A stretch of DNA of 64,000 bases. Source: Candidatus Methanoxibalbensis ujae (GTDB taxonomy: Archaea > Halobacteriota > Syntropharchaeia > Alkanophagales > Methanospirareceae). Positions 48,721 to 58,729 of this stretch are shown here, one piece after another (the stretch's first letter is position 1; each line of letters opens with the position of its first letter). Location: positions 21,344 to 85,343 of the forward strand of contig JAOQIN010000001.1 of NCBI GenBank assembly GCA_026134085.1. Reading direction: 5' to 3'. Under the pieces are notes generated by a model. That model worked only from the letters and a program-made list of their open reading frames with translations. It made no database searches and had not been told where the DNA came from. The position numbers were made by a program, and so were the translations under genes.

Positions 48721-49515
48721 ATGAGAGTGGGTGTGAGCTCGTGTATAGTGCGTGAGCTTGGCGGGGGACCTTTGAGCATAGACGATGTTGATATTGTGGA
48801 GCTGAGTGCTGAGGACATACCGCTGTTCCACCGGGATGGGAGCATAAATCATGAGATGCTCCGTTCGCTGGACTCTTTTGATGTTGCGTTCTCCCTGCAT
48901 GTGCCGAACAGCAATGCGACTTTGCGTGAAATTCGCATAAATCTTGCGAAAAAACTGCGCAGAAATATTGAAGTGGTTGAGAGATGCCTGGAAATAGCAT
49001 CTTCGCTCGACATAAAGCATGTTGTTGTGCATGGAGGTGCGGCCTCCCAGTCGCTGCGCGATTATCGCATCGCATTCCTCAACACACTTGAAAATCTCGC
49101 ATATATCGCGGACCTCGCACGCGATCATCAGGTGCTGCTTTGCGTTGAGAACCTCTGCGATGATTGTGTGGGCTGCATTCCAGCTGAGTTGCTGGCGATA
49201 ATCCAGATGACAGGCGTATGCGCAACTGTTGACACGGGACATGCACTTATCACATCAGTGAAATACGGATTTGATCCTGAAGATTTCTTCTACACACTCG
49301 CACCTTTCGTGCAGCATGTTCATCTGCACAGCAATAATGGCCTGAAAGACGAGCATCTTCCAATATATGAGGGCATTCTTGATATAAAAAGCGTGATGAA
49401 TGCGATCTGTCATGTCCGCCCCGCCAATGTCATACTTGAAATACGCAGATTCAGCAGATATGAAGATGTGATAAAAAGCCTGAATACCGTGAGACAATGT
49501 GTGTTTGTTTTTTGA
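48721..49515 (+). CDS. Sugar-phosphate isomerase/epimerase (AP endonuclease 2-like TIM barrel)
   Basis: SLHVP, VVVHGG, CVEN, DTGHA, HVHLHSNNG..DEHLP, ILE. Confidence 0.85.
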   Translation: MRVGVSSCIVRELGGGPLSIDDVDIVELSAEDIPLFHRDGSINHEMLRSLDSFDVAFSLHVPNSNATLREIRINLAKKLRRNIEVVERCLEIASSLDIKHVVVHGGAASQSLRDYRIAFLNTLENLAYIADLARDHQVLLCVENLCDDCVGCIPAELLAIIQMTGVCATVDTGHALITSVKYGFDPEDFFYTLAPFVQHVHLHSNNGLKDEHLPIYEGILDIKSVMNAICHVRPANVILEIRRFSRYEDVIKSLNTVRQCVFVF

Positions 49516-49646
49516 AAAGATGTCATGCACGGCGGCGGCGAAGATCACCGCTCACATTTCCATAGGATCGCATGAGTGTCACGGGGAACATCAGGAGGAT
49601 AACAGAGCAGGGCCAATAATAACAATAAAACAAATCAATCAGGGAA

Positions 49647-51668
49647 ATGCATTGCGGCTGGCTTCTCTTCATAGCTGCGAGTTTTGTGCTCGGTTTATCA
49701 TGTATGCGTTTCAGCATGAGGAGATTGAGCATTGAGTATGTGATATTTTCACTGACATCAGGCATCACATTTGCTGTGTGGATTGCTTATATAATCGCGC
49801 TGTTGCGCAGGTCTGTTGATGATATCACGATATCCGCAACCGTCATACTGTGTATATTTCTGTCCCTTCTGCTGCATAAGTCAGCATCTCAGAATATTTC
49901 TCGGAGAGAGAAGAGCGTTGAAGTGCTGAAGGATATGTTGCATGGCACATCACGCATCTCCATCTCAATTATAATCATAATATTTATAACGATTTACGCT
50001 GTTATAATGAATTTATACTGCGTTCTTCGCCCGGAAAATGGAGATCTGTATGCCATGTATTCTGTTTGGGGAGATTATCCGTTTCATGCATCCGTAATAA
50101 CATCTTTCGTTTACGGTAATAACTTCCCTCCCGTCTATCCGCAGTTCATCGGAAAGCCCATGCATTATCCCGTTATTGTTGACTTTCTATCTGCTGTGCT
50201 CATGTGTGGAGGTCTCGACCTCAGAGCCTCAATATTGCTTCCCAACATAATACTGCAGATATGCATGTTCTGCTCATTCTTCTTCCTCGCACGCAGCCTC
50301 TCATCTGATTACATTGCGGCGATCTCAACACTTCTCCTGATATTCGGAGGATATCCGCCAGACATCACACCGGCAGGTCCAATACAAATACAATTTCTGA
50401 ACGCGGTTTACGCTGTGTTTCTTCCGCAGAGGTCAGCTCTTCTTGGATTCAGCATATCATTCCTCATATATATGCTGCTTGCGAGCGATGCGCCGCAGAA
50501 GAGAAATAAGCTGATTGCAGGAACGCTTGCGGGAACTCTCCCCCTCATACATGCACACTCTTTTATCGTTGTGTCATTCGTATCAGCATTCCTTGTGTTT
50601 TTCAGAGTTCTGTCATCCATATCATCAGTTCCATCCTCATTGTCACCCGGCTCAATTGCATCATTTGCATCATTTTTTATATCATCACTGAAGCGTGAGG
50701 CGATAATGTTTGCACCGCTCCTCGCACTCTCTGTTCCGCAGGTCCTCGCGATAAGATCGCAGGTGTCCGGTGATTTCTTCTCATTTTATCCCGGATGGAC
50801 CGATGCGAATGCGCGGGCAATAACACATCTCGACTGGTCAAATCCAGTTTCCGCATTTGTTTCATCATGTGTTGCTCTTCTCATCATGGTGAGCTTTTGG
50901 GGATTGAATCTGAATTTGCTTGCATTTTTAATTCCAATTGGTTTTCTTCATGCGAAAACAAAAATATTTTACACGCCTTTTTTCATCATATTCATAATTG
51001 CAAACCTCATTAAATTTCAACCTTGGTGGTGGGACAACTACAAGATACTTCTGCACTGGTATGCAATATCCACAATACTGGCGGCTTCGGCAATTGTTTT
51101 TATATATAAAATCAGCATGAACAACGCACCGACAGGTGAGAGGAAGGAAAACCGCACGAGAGCAGAAAGTCGTCGCGGCGCATTGATCTGTGCGGCATTG
51201 ATCTGTGCGGTTTTATTGATGATAACGACGATATCTGGCATTGCCACACACATATACATGTTTGAGAATCAGGCCGTCCTCTGGACAGAGGATGATTTTG
51301 AGCTTGCATCCTGGATAATTGAGAACACGCCGCCAGAATCTGTATTTCTCACAGCAGGCGGATATTCCGCGCACAATCATCCCGTCCCGGCACTTGCAGG
51401 CAGGCGCATACCGCTCGGATACATGGGATGGCTATGGTCTCACGGGTTCAACTGGTCGGAATTACAGAAAACAGAGAGGGATTTGACAGAGATGTTCAGG
51501 GGAAATGAATCTCTTCTCTCAAAATATGATATTGATTACATATGTGTCGGTCCATTTGAGGAGGATTTTGCGAGAAAAAAAGGTTTCAGTATAAACATTT
51601 CAGGATGTAAGCTTATATATGATCGGAATTTTTCCACCGGAAGATGGCGGATATATGTCAGGAACTAA
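49647..51668 (+). CDS. Polytopic membrane protein, probable GT-C fold glycosyltransferase
   Basis: WGDYPFH loop, PQRS, HAHS, WWDNYK, WIIENTPPESVFL, LAGRR..GY..W; many TM helices. Confidence 0.7.
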   Translation: MHCGWLLFIAASFVLGLSCMRFSMRRLSIEYVIFSLTSGITFAVWIAYIIALLRRSVDDITISATVILCIFLSLLLHKSASQNISRREKSVEVLKDMLHGTSRISISIIIIIFITIYAVIMNLYCVLRPENGDLYAMYSVWGDYPFHASVITSFVYGNNFPPVYPQFIGKPMHYPVIVDFLSAVLMCGGLDLRASILLPNIILQICMFCSFFFLARSLSSDYIAAISTLLLIFGGYPPDITPAGPIQIQFLNAVYAVFLPQRSALLGFSISFLIYMLLASDAPQKRNKLIAGTLAGTLPLIHAHSFIVVSFVSAFLVFFRVLSSISSVPSSLSPGSIASFASFFISSLKREAIMFAPLLALSVPQVLAIRSQVSGDFFSFYPGWTDANARAITHLDWSNPVSAFVSSCVALLIMVSFWGLNLNLLAFLIPIGFLHAKTKIFYTPFFIIFIIANLIKFQPWWWDNYKILLHWYAISTILAASAIVFIYKISMNNAPTGERKENRTRAESRRGALICAALICAVLLMITTISGIATHIYMFENQAVLWTEDDFELASWIIENTPPESVFLTAGGYSAHNHPVPALAGRRIPLGYMGWLWSHGFNWSELQKTERDLTEMFRGNESLLSKYDIDYICVGPFEEDFARKKGFSINISGCKLIYDRNFSTGRWRIYVRN

Positions 51669-51809
51669 TTATAAAATCTGTGAATGGAGTGTTATGTTAT
51701 GGTCTGCGTCAAGTTGCAGCAATGCTATTCAATCATGGCCGGAGATCAGGAGTGGGTGTGAACTAAGAGGGATGAACACAAACAGCATCATATGGAGCGA
51801 AAGGGTGAG

Positions 51810-53024
51810 ATGTCGGATGAGGAAGTTCTGAGCGCTCTGATGCGTGGCGATCTTAAGATGCATGAGATTGAGCGGGCTGTCGGGGGAGATGTCCCTCGTG
51901 CCGTTGAGTTGAGGCGTGCATTTGTGGAGAGGAAAACAGGAAAGCATCTCAGAAATATCGGAAATTTCTCCTTTGACGCTGAGATGGCAATGCGCCGCAA
52001 CATTGAGAACATGATAGGCGCTGCTCAGATCCCCATGGGCGTTGCAGGACCGCTTCTGTGTAAAGGCGATGCATCAGGTGAGTTCTTCATACCTCTTGCA
52101 ACGACAGAGGGCGCATTGGTCGCATCTGTGAACAGAGGATGCGCCGCCATCAACCGCTCAGGAGGTGCATATGCATTTGTCATTGCAGATGGAATGACCC
52201 GTGCCCCTGTCTTTCGAGCGAATTCGGTGCAGGATGCCATAAATGCGGTTAATTTCATTCGTGATAACGAGGATAAGATGCGTGAAATCGCAGAATCTAC
52301 ATCAAAACATCTGAAATTAAAGGAGATTCAGCCATTTTTTGTTGGAAGAAATGTTTTTTTGCGTTTTGTATGCGAGACAGGAGATGCGATGGGTATGAAC
52401 ATGGTGACAATTGCGACTGATGAAGTTTCTTCTTTCATAGAGGAGCATACATCGCTGCGATCAATTGCTATAAGCGGCAATGTATGTGTGGATAAAAAGC
52501 CATCCGCAGTTAATTTGATACTGGGCAGAGGGAAAACAGTCATTGCTGATGTTTTTTTGAGAGATGATGTTGTGGAGGATGTGCTTAAAACGACAAAAGA
52601 TGCGATGTTTGAAGTTGTGATGAGGAAATGTTTTGTCGGGAGCGCGTTTTCATCATCTCTCGGATTCAACGCGCATTTCGCAAACATCATCGCTGCGATT
52701 TTCATAGCCACGGGTCAGGATGTTGCGCATACAGTGGAGGGCTCACTCGGATTCACGACCGCTGAGGTCGAGGAGGGCGGCATTCATTTTGCGGTCACAC
52801 TGCCATCACTTCAAGTCGGAACCGTGGGAGGCGGCACCTCTCTCGGCACGCAGCGTGAGGCTCTGGATATCATGGGTGTCTCAGGAAGCGGCTCTCCCGA
52901 GGGCTCAAACGCTCGTAAATTTGCTGCAATTGTTGCATGCGCTGTCCTTGCGGGCGAGATATCGCTTATCGCGGCGATTTCAGCTCGCCACCTCACACAG
53001 GCTCATATGAGACTGAACCGCTGA
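51810..53024 (+). CDS. hmgA: HMG-CoA reductase (class I, NADPH)
   Basis: ENMIG, ATTEGALVAS, DAMGMNM, DKKP, GQDVAH, GTVGGGT. Confidence 0.96.
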   Translation: MSDEEVLSALMRGDLKMHEIERAVGGDVPRAVELRRAFVERKTGKHLRNIGNFSFDAEMAMRRNIENMIGAAQIPMGVAGPLLCKGDASGEFFIPLATTEGALVASVNRGCAAINRSGGAYAFVIADGMTRAPVFRANSVQDAINAVNFIRDNEDKMREIAESTSKHLKLKEIQPFFVGRNVFLRFVCETGDAMGMNMVTIATDEVSSFIEEHTSLRSIAISGNVCVDKKPSAVNLILGRGKTVIADVFLRDDVVEDVLKTTKDAMFEVVMRKCFVGSAFSSSLGFNAHFANIIAAIFIATGQDVAHTVEGSLGFTTAEVEEGGIHFAVTLPSLQVGTVGGGTSLGTQREALDIMGVSGSGSPEGSNARKFAAIVACAVLAGEISLIAAISARHLTQAHMRLNR

Positions 53025-53073
53025 ATCTCTCAATCTCCCATCTATAAATATTTTATGCTGCAATGCCGTATAA

Positions 53074-53859
53074 ATGAGGGGACTGGACGAGGCAAGGGTT
53101 TCAGAAGTGATCGTGCGATCATACATGAATGCGTTTCTTGATGCGCTGAATATTGATGTTGCGGTCATTGGTGCAGGTCCTTCCGGGATGACTGCCGCTT
53201 ATTATCTTGCGAAGAGAGGTGTGAAGACTGCGATATTTGAGCGTCATATACATGTGGGCGGTGGCATGCCGGGCGGAGGTATGATGTTTCCGCGCATTGT
53301 AATTGAGGAGGAGGCGAGAGAGATCACAGAGGAGTTTGAGATACATATTGAGGATTTCGGTGACGGATATCTTGTTGCTGATGCAGTTGAAGCGGTTGCG
53401 ATGCTGTGTGCAAAATGTCTCAAGTCAGGTGCTCGCATATTCAATATGATAAGCGTTGAGGATGTTGTGTTTCGTGATGGTCGCATATGCGGTGTTGTGC
53501 TCAACTGGTCGGCGGCTGAGCGTGCGAAAATTCATGTTGACCCTCTTGTCGTCCGTTCTGATGTCGTGATAGATGCAACCGGTCATGATGCTGAGATATG
53601 CAGAATTGTTGAGCGCAAAATATCAGCATCACTGCGCACAGACACAGGCGGAGTGATAGGTGAGCGATCAATGTGGGCTGAAATGGGAGAGAAAGCGCTT
53701 ATAGAGAACACCAGGGAAATCTTTCCGGGTCTCATTGTTGCGGGAATGGCTGCAAATGCAGTTGCGGGATCTCCCAGAATGGGTGCTGTCTTTGGAGGAA
53801 TGTTCCTATCGGGAAAAAAAGCTGCTGAAATTGCATATGATATCGTGACAAGACGGTGA
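53074..53859 (+). CDS. thi4: Sulfide-dependent thiazole synthase (non-Cys Thi4)
   Basis: GAGPSG, GGGM, IHVDP (His type), DATGHDA, PRMGAVFGGMFLSG. Confidence 0.93.
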   Translation: MRGLDEARVSEVIVRSYMNAFLDALNIDVAVIGAGPSGMTAAYYLAKRGVKTAIFERHIHVGGGMPGGGMMFPRIVIEEEAREITEEFEIHIEDFGDGYLVADAVEAVAMLCAKCLKSGARIFNMISVEDVVFRDGRICGVVLNWSAAERAKIHVDPLVVRSDVVIDATGHDAEICRIVERKISASLRTDTGGVIGERSMWAEMGEKALIENTREIFPGLIVAGMAANAVAGSPRMGAVFGGMFLSGKKAAEIAYDIVTRR

Positions 53860-54662
53860 GGAGCATGCTTGAGATATCAGATCTGGCGGTTGAGGTCGGC
53901 GGAAAACTTGTGTTGGACGGCATAAATCTGCGCATAGGCGAGGGCGAAGTTCATGCACTTCTCGGACCGAACGGTTCCGGGAAGACATCACTGATAATGG
54001 CGATTCTCGGCTTCCCTGAATACAAAGTTGTGAGAGGCTCAATAAAGTTCAGGAGCGTTGAGCTCACCTCCATTCCGACGGATGAGCGTGTTAGGCTCGG
54101 AATAGGCATCGCGTTCCAGAGACCTCCCACAATACGCGGAGTGAAGCTGCTTGACATGCTGCTTGTGTGCAGGCGAGCGCAGCGTGATGGGCAGAAGAAC
54201 GATGAAGCTGTGCTTGACGAGGAGATGTTGAGGATGGCAGAGCGGCTGAAATTTGATGAAAATTTCCTGCACAGGGATGTGAATCTCGGATTCTCAGGTG
54301 GAGAGACGAAGAGAGCGGAGATACTGCAGCTCCTCATTCAGAATCCGGATTTGATATTGTTTGATGAACCGGATTCCGGCGTTGACATAGAGAATGTTGA
54401 GCTGATAGGAGAGGTGATAAATGAGATACTGCAGCGGGGTGAAAAACCCTCGGTGAGAAAGAAATCCGCACTTATAATCACTCATACAGGATTCATATTC
54501 AACTATGTGAGGGCTGACAGGGCTCATGTGCTTCTAAACGGAAAGATAGCATGCTCAGGAATTCCTGATGAGATAATAAAGCAGATAATGGAGGAGGGAT
54601 TTGAGAAATGCATCAGAGAATGCCTCAGCGAGCAGCAGGTGAGAGAAGGTGAGAGGAAATGA
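53856..54662 (+). CDS. sufC: SufC/SmsC Fe-S assembly ABC ATPase
   Basis: GPNGSGKT, FSGGE, FDEPDSGVD, ITH; C-terminal Cys pair. Confidence 0.92.
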   Translation: MRSMLEISDLAVEVGGKLVLDGINLRIGEGEVHALLGPNGSGKTSLIMAILGFPEYKVVRGSIKFRSVELTSIPTDERVRLGIGIAFQRPPTIRGVKLLDMLLVCRRAQRDGQKNDEAVLDEEMLRMAERLKFDENFLHRDVNLGFSGGETKRAEILQLLIQNPDLILFDEPDSGVDIENVELIGEVINEILQRGEKPSVRKKSALIITHTGFIFNYVRADRAHVLLNGKIACSGIPDEIIKQIMEEGFEKCIRECLSEQQVREGERK

Positions 54663-55765
54663 ATGAGGATTTAAATGAACAGCGTGAGAGACTTCTCATG
54701 TCAGGCATTGACCTCAGTGAGAAGGAGCGCTCGGGCACTTTCATACAGAAAGATGCTGAGATATTGCTGACTGTGGCGAGGCATGCCGGGCTGGAGGTGA
54801 TGCCCATAGGCGAGGCTCTTGAGACATATGAGTGGCTGCGCCGGGATTATTTCTGGAAGGCTGTACCCGCTGATAAGGACGCATACACCAGAGCAGCATC
54901 CCGCGAGAGAGAGATCAGGGGCGTTTTCGTGCGCGCAAAAAGTGGCGTGAAAATAGAGTTTCCAGTGCAGGCATGCTTCTTCATCGCAACAGAGCGAACC
55001 GCACAGAAGGTGCATAACATCATCATCGCAGAGGATGACGCCGAAATTCACATGATCACAGGATGCTCAGTCCCTGAAAAGTTCGGAAGCGCCGTTCATA
55101 TAGGAATTTCTGAGTTTTTTGTTGGTAAAAATGCAAAAATGTCTTTCGCTATGATACATAATTGGACGAGTGATGTCGGTGTTCGCCCGAGAAGTGCGGT
55201 GATTATAAATGAGGGAGGCTCTTTCGTGAGCAATTATATATGTATGGAGCCTGTCAAGAGCGTTCAGATGTATCCTGTTGCGTATTGTGTGGGAGAAAAT
55301 GCGCTTGCAATATTTCAATCAGTTCTGTATGGCAGGGAGCATGCCAAAATGGATGTGGGATCTGCTGCCTTTCTCTCCGCGGAAGGTTCCCGTGCTGAAA
55401 TAAACTCAAGGGCTATCGCAACTGACAGCGCTGAGATAACTGCGAGAGGTGAGATAGTGGGCGAGAGACCCAGGGTCAAGGGTCATCTTGAATGCAGAGG
55501 TCTCATCCTATCTGAGAGGGCGATGATAAATGCGATCCCCTCGCTTAAGGCCACGCATCATGATGTTGAGCTCTCTCACGAGGCTGCAGTTGGCAAGATA
55601 GCGGAGGAAGAGGTGAGATATCTCATGGCTCGTGGACTCAGCGAGGAGGAGGCAACCTCTTTCATCATTCGTGGGTTCCTGAGCATTGACATAAAGGGAC
55701 TGCCTGAAAAACTCGCAGATCAGGTTAGAAGCATCGTGAAGATAAGCGCTGAAAGGCTTATATGA
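54659..55765 (+). CDS. sufB: SufB/SufD-family (SmsB) Fe-S scaffold
   Basis: VHNIIIAE, HIGISEF, GHLECRGL, LSHEAAVGKI, YLMARG. Confidence 0.92.
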   Translation: MNEDLNEQRERLLMSGIDLSEKERSGTFIQKDAEILLTVARHAGLEVMPIGEALETYEWLRRDYFWKAVPADKDAYTRAASREREIRGVFVRAKSGVKIEFPVQACFFIATERTAQKVHNIIIAEDDAEIHMITGCSVPEKFGSAVHIGISEFFVGKNAKMSFAMIHNWTSDVGVRPRSAVIINEGGSFVSNYICMEPVKSVQMYPVAYCVGENALAIFQSVLYGREHAKMDVGSAAFLSAEGSRAEINSRAIATDSAEITARGEIVGERPRVKGHLECRGLILSERAMINAIPSLKATHHDVELSHEAAVGKIAEEEVRYLMARGLSEEEATSFIIRGFLSIDIKGLPEKLADQVRSIVKISAERLI

Positions 55766-56382
55766 ATGCGGTGGTTCTTGCAGGCGGAAGGAGCAGAAGA
55801 ATGGGATTTGAGAAGGCAATAGCAGATATATGCGGAAGGAAGATGATAGAATATGTGCTTGATGCTTTGAAATGCTCTGAAGTGGATGGTTTTGTGGTTG
55901 CGACGAGTGAGCGAAATGCGCCAAAAACAAAAGAATATTGCGTGCGCATGCATTACGATGTCTTTGAAACGCCGGGCAGAGGATATCACGAGGATATACG
56001 GTTCATCCAGCATCACCTGTTCCGAGAATTTATATCAGTTGCATGTGACATTCCTTTTTTGAGAGGCGTGCACATTAACGCATTGATCCTCGCCTATAAA
56101 AAAGCGATGAAGGAGAGGAAGAGCATCACAGGCGTTGTGCCTTTGAGCATAATCCCGCATGGATTCTCGCCGAGCCATGTCATTGAGCTGAGTAATGTGG
56201 CTGAGCGGGTTGAGCGGAGAGTTGAGGTCGTTGAGAACAAATATGTGGCATTTGGATTAAATGTGGTATCCAAGAATGAAGATGCTATTTTCGTGTTTGA
56301 GGATGCTCTTCTCGGCATAAATGTGAATACAATGGCAGAGTTGAAGCTTGCAAATTATTTTATGCTCTCAAGAAAGACATAA
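55762..56382 (+). CDS. cobY: Adenosylcobinamide-phosphate guanylyltransferase CobY-like NTP transferase
   Basis: LAGGRSRRMG.EK, TPGRGYHED, CDIPF, GLNV, INVNT. Confidence 0.78.
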   Translation: MNAVVLAGGRSRRMGFEKAIADICGRKMIEYVLDALKCSEVDGFVVATSERNAPKTKEYCVRMHYDVFETPGRGYHEDIRFIQHHLFREFISVACDIPFLRGVHINALILAYKKAMKERKSITGVVPLSIIPHGFSPSHVIELSNVAERVERRVEVVENKYVAFGLNVVSKNEDAIFVFEDALLGINVNTMAELKLANYFMLSRKT

Positions 56383-56419
56383 CTCATCCCTGTATCTGTT
56401 TGCTCAAATGCTTGCAGCA

Positions 56420-56508
56420 TGCGCCGGCCGGGACTCGAACCCGGGTTAGAGGCTTTTTGCCCCGCAGAGGATGGCAAGCCTCTGTGATAACCACTACACT
56501 ACCGGCGC
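56420..56508 (-). tRNA. tRNA-Gly(GCC) with 17-nt intron at 37/38 (56455-56471)
   Basis: Acceptor GCGCCGG/CCGGCGC, anticodon arm GAGGC-TTGCCA^A-GCCTC, T arm CCGGG-TTCGAGT-CCCGG; bulge-helix-bulge formed; CCA not encoded. Confidence 0.95.
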
Positions 56509-56650
56509 CTCTCTTTTCTGTTTTTTATTTTTTTGTTTTTCTTTTTTTTGTTTTTATTTTTTTGTTTTTGCTTTTGTTGTTTTTGTTGTTTTTGTCTTTA
56601 TTTCTTATTTGCTTCTGATTTGCTTTTGATCATGATCCTGCATGAATGTC

Positions 56651-57904
56651 CTATTCTATGACATATTCATCGCCATTTTTTGGTGCGATGGCGTTGCAGC
56701 CGATGTTCTCGCGTATCCATGCGGCGAACTCCTCTGAATTATCGCCGTGCATTGTGAAAACGATTTCCGTGCCTTTTCTGCAGAAGTGTTCAACGAGTTT
56801 TTTAAGCTCGGAATCGCCTGCATGTGCGGAGAAATCATATTGCTCAACCTCAGCATGGACCCTCAGCATGCCTTCTTCGGTCTCAACGCTCTTATCCTCA
56901 AGCAGTCTCCTGCCATTTGTGCCGTCTATCTGATATCCCGTGAGGAGCACCTTGCTTTTCGGGTCATCATGCACATGTCTCAGATAATAAAGGACGGGGC
57001 CTCCGTTGAGCATGCCCGCGGTTGTGACTATTGCGGAAGGCTGAGACAGTGCCTTCTTTCGCTTTCGCTTACCGTTTATGAATTTCGCCTCCTTGAAAGC
57101 CGCTGACAGAGCCTCAGAATCCCTTATGAATGAGGGATGCCTCTCAAATATCTTGAAAACGCTTATGCCAAGACCATCAACATACGGAACGATGCCATGA
57201 GCATGGAGTATCATCACGATCTCCTGCGTCCTGCCAACTGCAAAGCACGGTATGATGGCATGACCTCCTCTTGAGATAGTGTCCTCAACGGAATCAACAA
57301 ATTCTCTCTCAAGCTCGCTCCTCTTCCTGTGTTCTGTGCCGTAATATGTGCTCTCAACGATGAGAACATCGGCACACGGAAATTCATCAAGCGATGCTGA
57401 ATTCAACAGTTTTGTGTTTTCCAGCTTTATGTCCCCTGTGTAGAACACGCTTATATCCTCGCGCTCGTTCCTGATGAACACGGATGCACTTCCGGGTATG
57501 TGTCCTGCGTTGAACATCTCACACACATATGAATCCACAACGAACTGCTTTCTGTAATTGAAGAGTCGTGCGCATTTTGCCACCCTCTCAACATCTTCGC
57601 TGTCATATATGTGAATGCCATGAGAATTTCCGAGCTTTATCGTGTCTTTCCACAGTATTAAAGCGATATCACATGTGACGGGAGTCATGAACAGATCAGG
57701 AAAGCTGTTCATCAGCTTCGGAATCATGCCTGAATGGTCAAGATGCGCGTGAGATACAATAACAGAGTGCACTCTCCCGTTGTGAGGTGCTGGCATTTCA
57801 GGTGGATCCGCGGGTCTTATGCCATAATCTATCAGAATCTTTCCATCAATCAACACTGCCGAACGCCCGACTTCAGAGCAGCCACCGAGAAACTTTATCC
57901 TCAT
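56651..57904 (-). CDS. beta-CASP metallo-beta-lactamase ribonuclease (aCPSF2-like)
   Basis: EVGRS, SHAHLDH, AGHIPGS, YTGD, ESTY, GRTQE, FSAHA, MHGD. Confidence 0.92.
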   Translation of the reverse strand: MRIKFLGGCSEVGRSAVLIDGKILIDYGIRPADPPEMPAPHNGRVHSVIVSHAHLDHSGMIPKLMNSFPDLFMTPVTCDIALILWKDTIKLGNSHGIHIYDSEDVERVAKCARLFNYRKQFVVDSYVCEMFNAGHIPGSASVFIRNEREDISVFYTGDIKLENTKLLNSASLDEFPCADVLIVESTYYGTEHRKRSELEREFVDSVEDTISRGGHAIIPCFAVGRTQEIVMILHAHGIVPYVDGLGISVFKIFERHPSFIRDSEALSAAFKEAKFINGKRKRKKALSQPSAIVTTAGMLNGGPVLYYLRHVHDDPKSKVLLTGYQIDGTNGRRLLEDKSVETEEGMLRVHAEVEQYDFSAHAGDSELKKLVEHFCRKGTEIVFTMHGDNSEEFAAWIRENIGCNAIAPKNGDEYVIE

Positions 57905-57950
57905 TTCCGCATCCTCTCTTTTTATCTTCGCTGTTTTATTTTCCTCTCTC

Positions 57951-58529
57951 CTATATCTGCCTTTCTCCGATCTCAGTTTTCGTGATCTCTATGCGACGCA
58001 CAGGATATATCTTCTTCACACGCTTGTATATGTCTGAAGATAGCTTTCCGAGCAGTATCTCCTGCATGAATGGATGAAGTTCAAGGCTGCGTGCGCGCTC
58101 CTCTATGACGGATTCCATCTCCTTCCTTATCAGGGTTTCCTGCGCGTTGCTCGCACGCCTTACAGTGAAACATGAGCCTTTCACTCGCATTTTCTCACCA
58201 TCTTTTGTTGTGACGACAACATTCACATCTATCTTTGATATTCGCCTCCTCGCGAGGCTCCGCAGGTAATCGCTGTCCGTCCTGTGCCCTATGAGCTTCG
58301 TCTTCGCCCTGTCTCCTTCCACCTTATATATCTGCAGAATGAGCTTCGTGTATGAGCTCCTGATAAGACGCCCGGTCAGCTCTTCAAGCGTCAGCTCAAC
58401 CTTCCTGCCTATGAGCTTTGAGGGATCATCAGCAGGTGTCTCGCCGACCACCATCTCCCCAAAATTCTCAGGCGCATATATGGTATACCACTGCTTGACC
58501 TTCCTCCTCTCCCTATGCCCTCTTTTCAT
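57951..58529 (-). CDS. rps3ae: 30S ribosomal protein eS1 (S3ae)
   Basis: KQWYTIYAPENF..GETPA..LIGR; KKIYPVRRIEITK. Confidence 0.95.
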   Translation of the reverse strand: MKRGHRERRKVKQWYTIYAPENFGEMVVGETPADDPSKLIGRKVELTLEELTGRLIRSSYTKLILQIYKVEGDRAKTKLIGHRTDSDYLRSLARRRISKIDVNVVVTTKDGEKMRVKGSCFTVRRASNAQETLIRKEMESVIEERARSLELHPFMQEILLGKLSSDIYKRVKKIYPVRRIEITKTEIGERQI

Positions 58530-58729
58530 AGCAGCTCTCCATCCTCTCAATCTTTTTCATGCGTTGGATCGCGGCAGTTGCCGAAAGCGTCCGCTTCCAA
58601 AAGCGGCAGCAACATTAGTATGTTCCATTTCTATTTTATATTTTTTCCCTCTTCTTTATATACTCTGTCCCCCCCGGACCGCTCCATGCAGGAAGCAGGA
58701 ACAGATGAGGAATAAAAAGGAAAAAAGCA

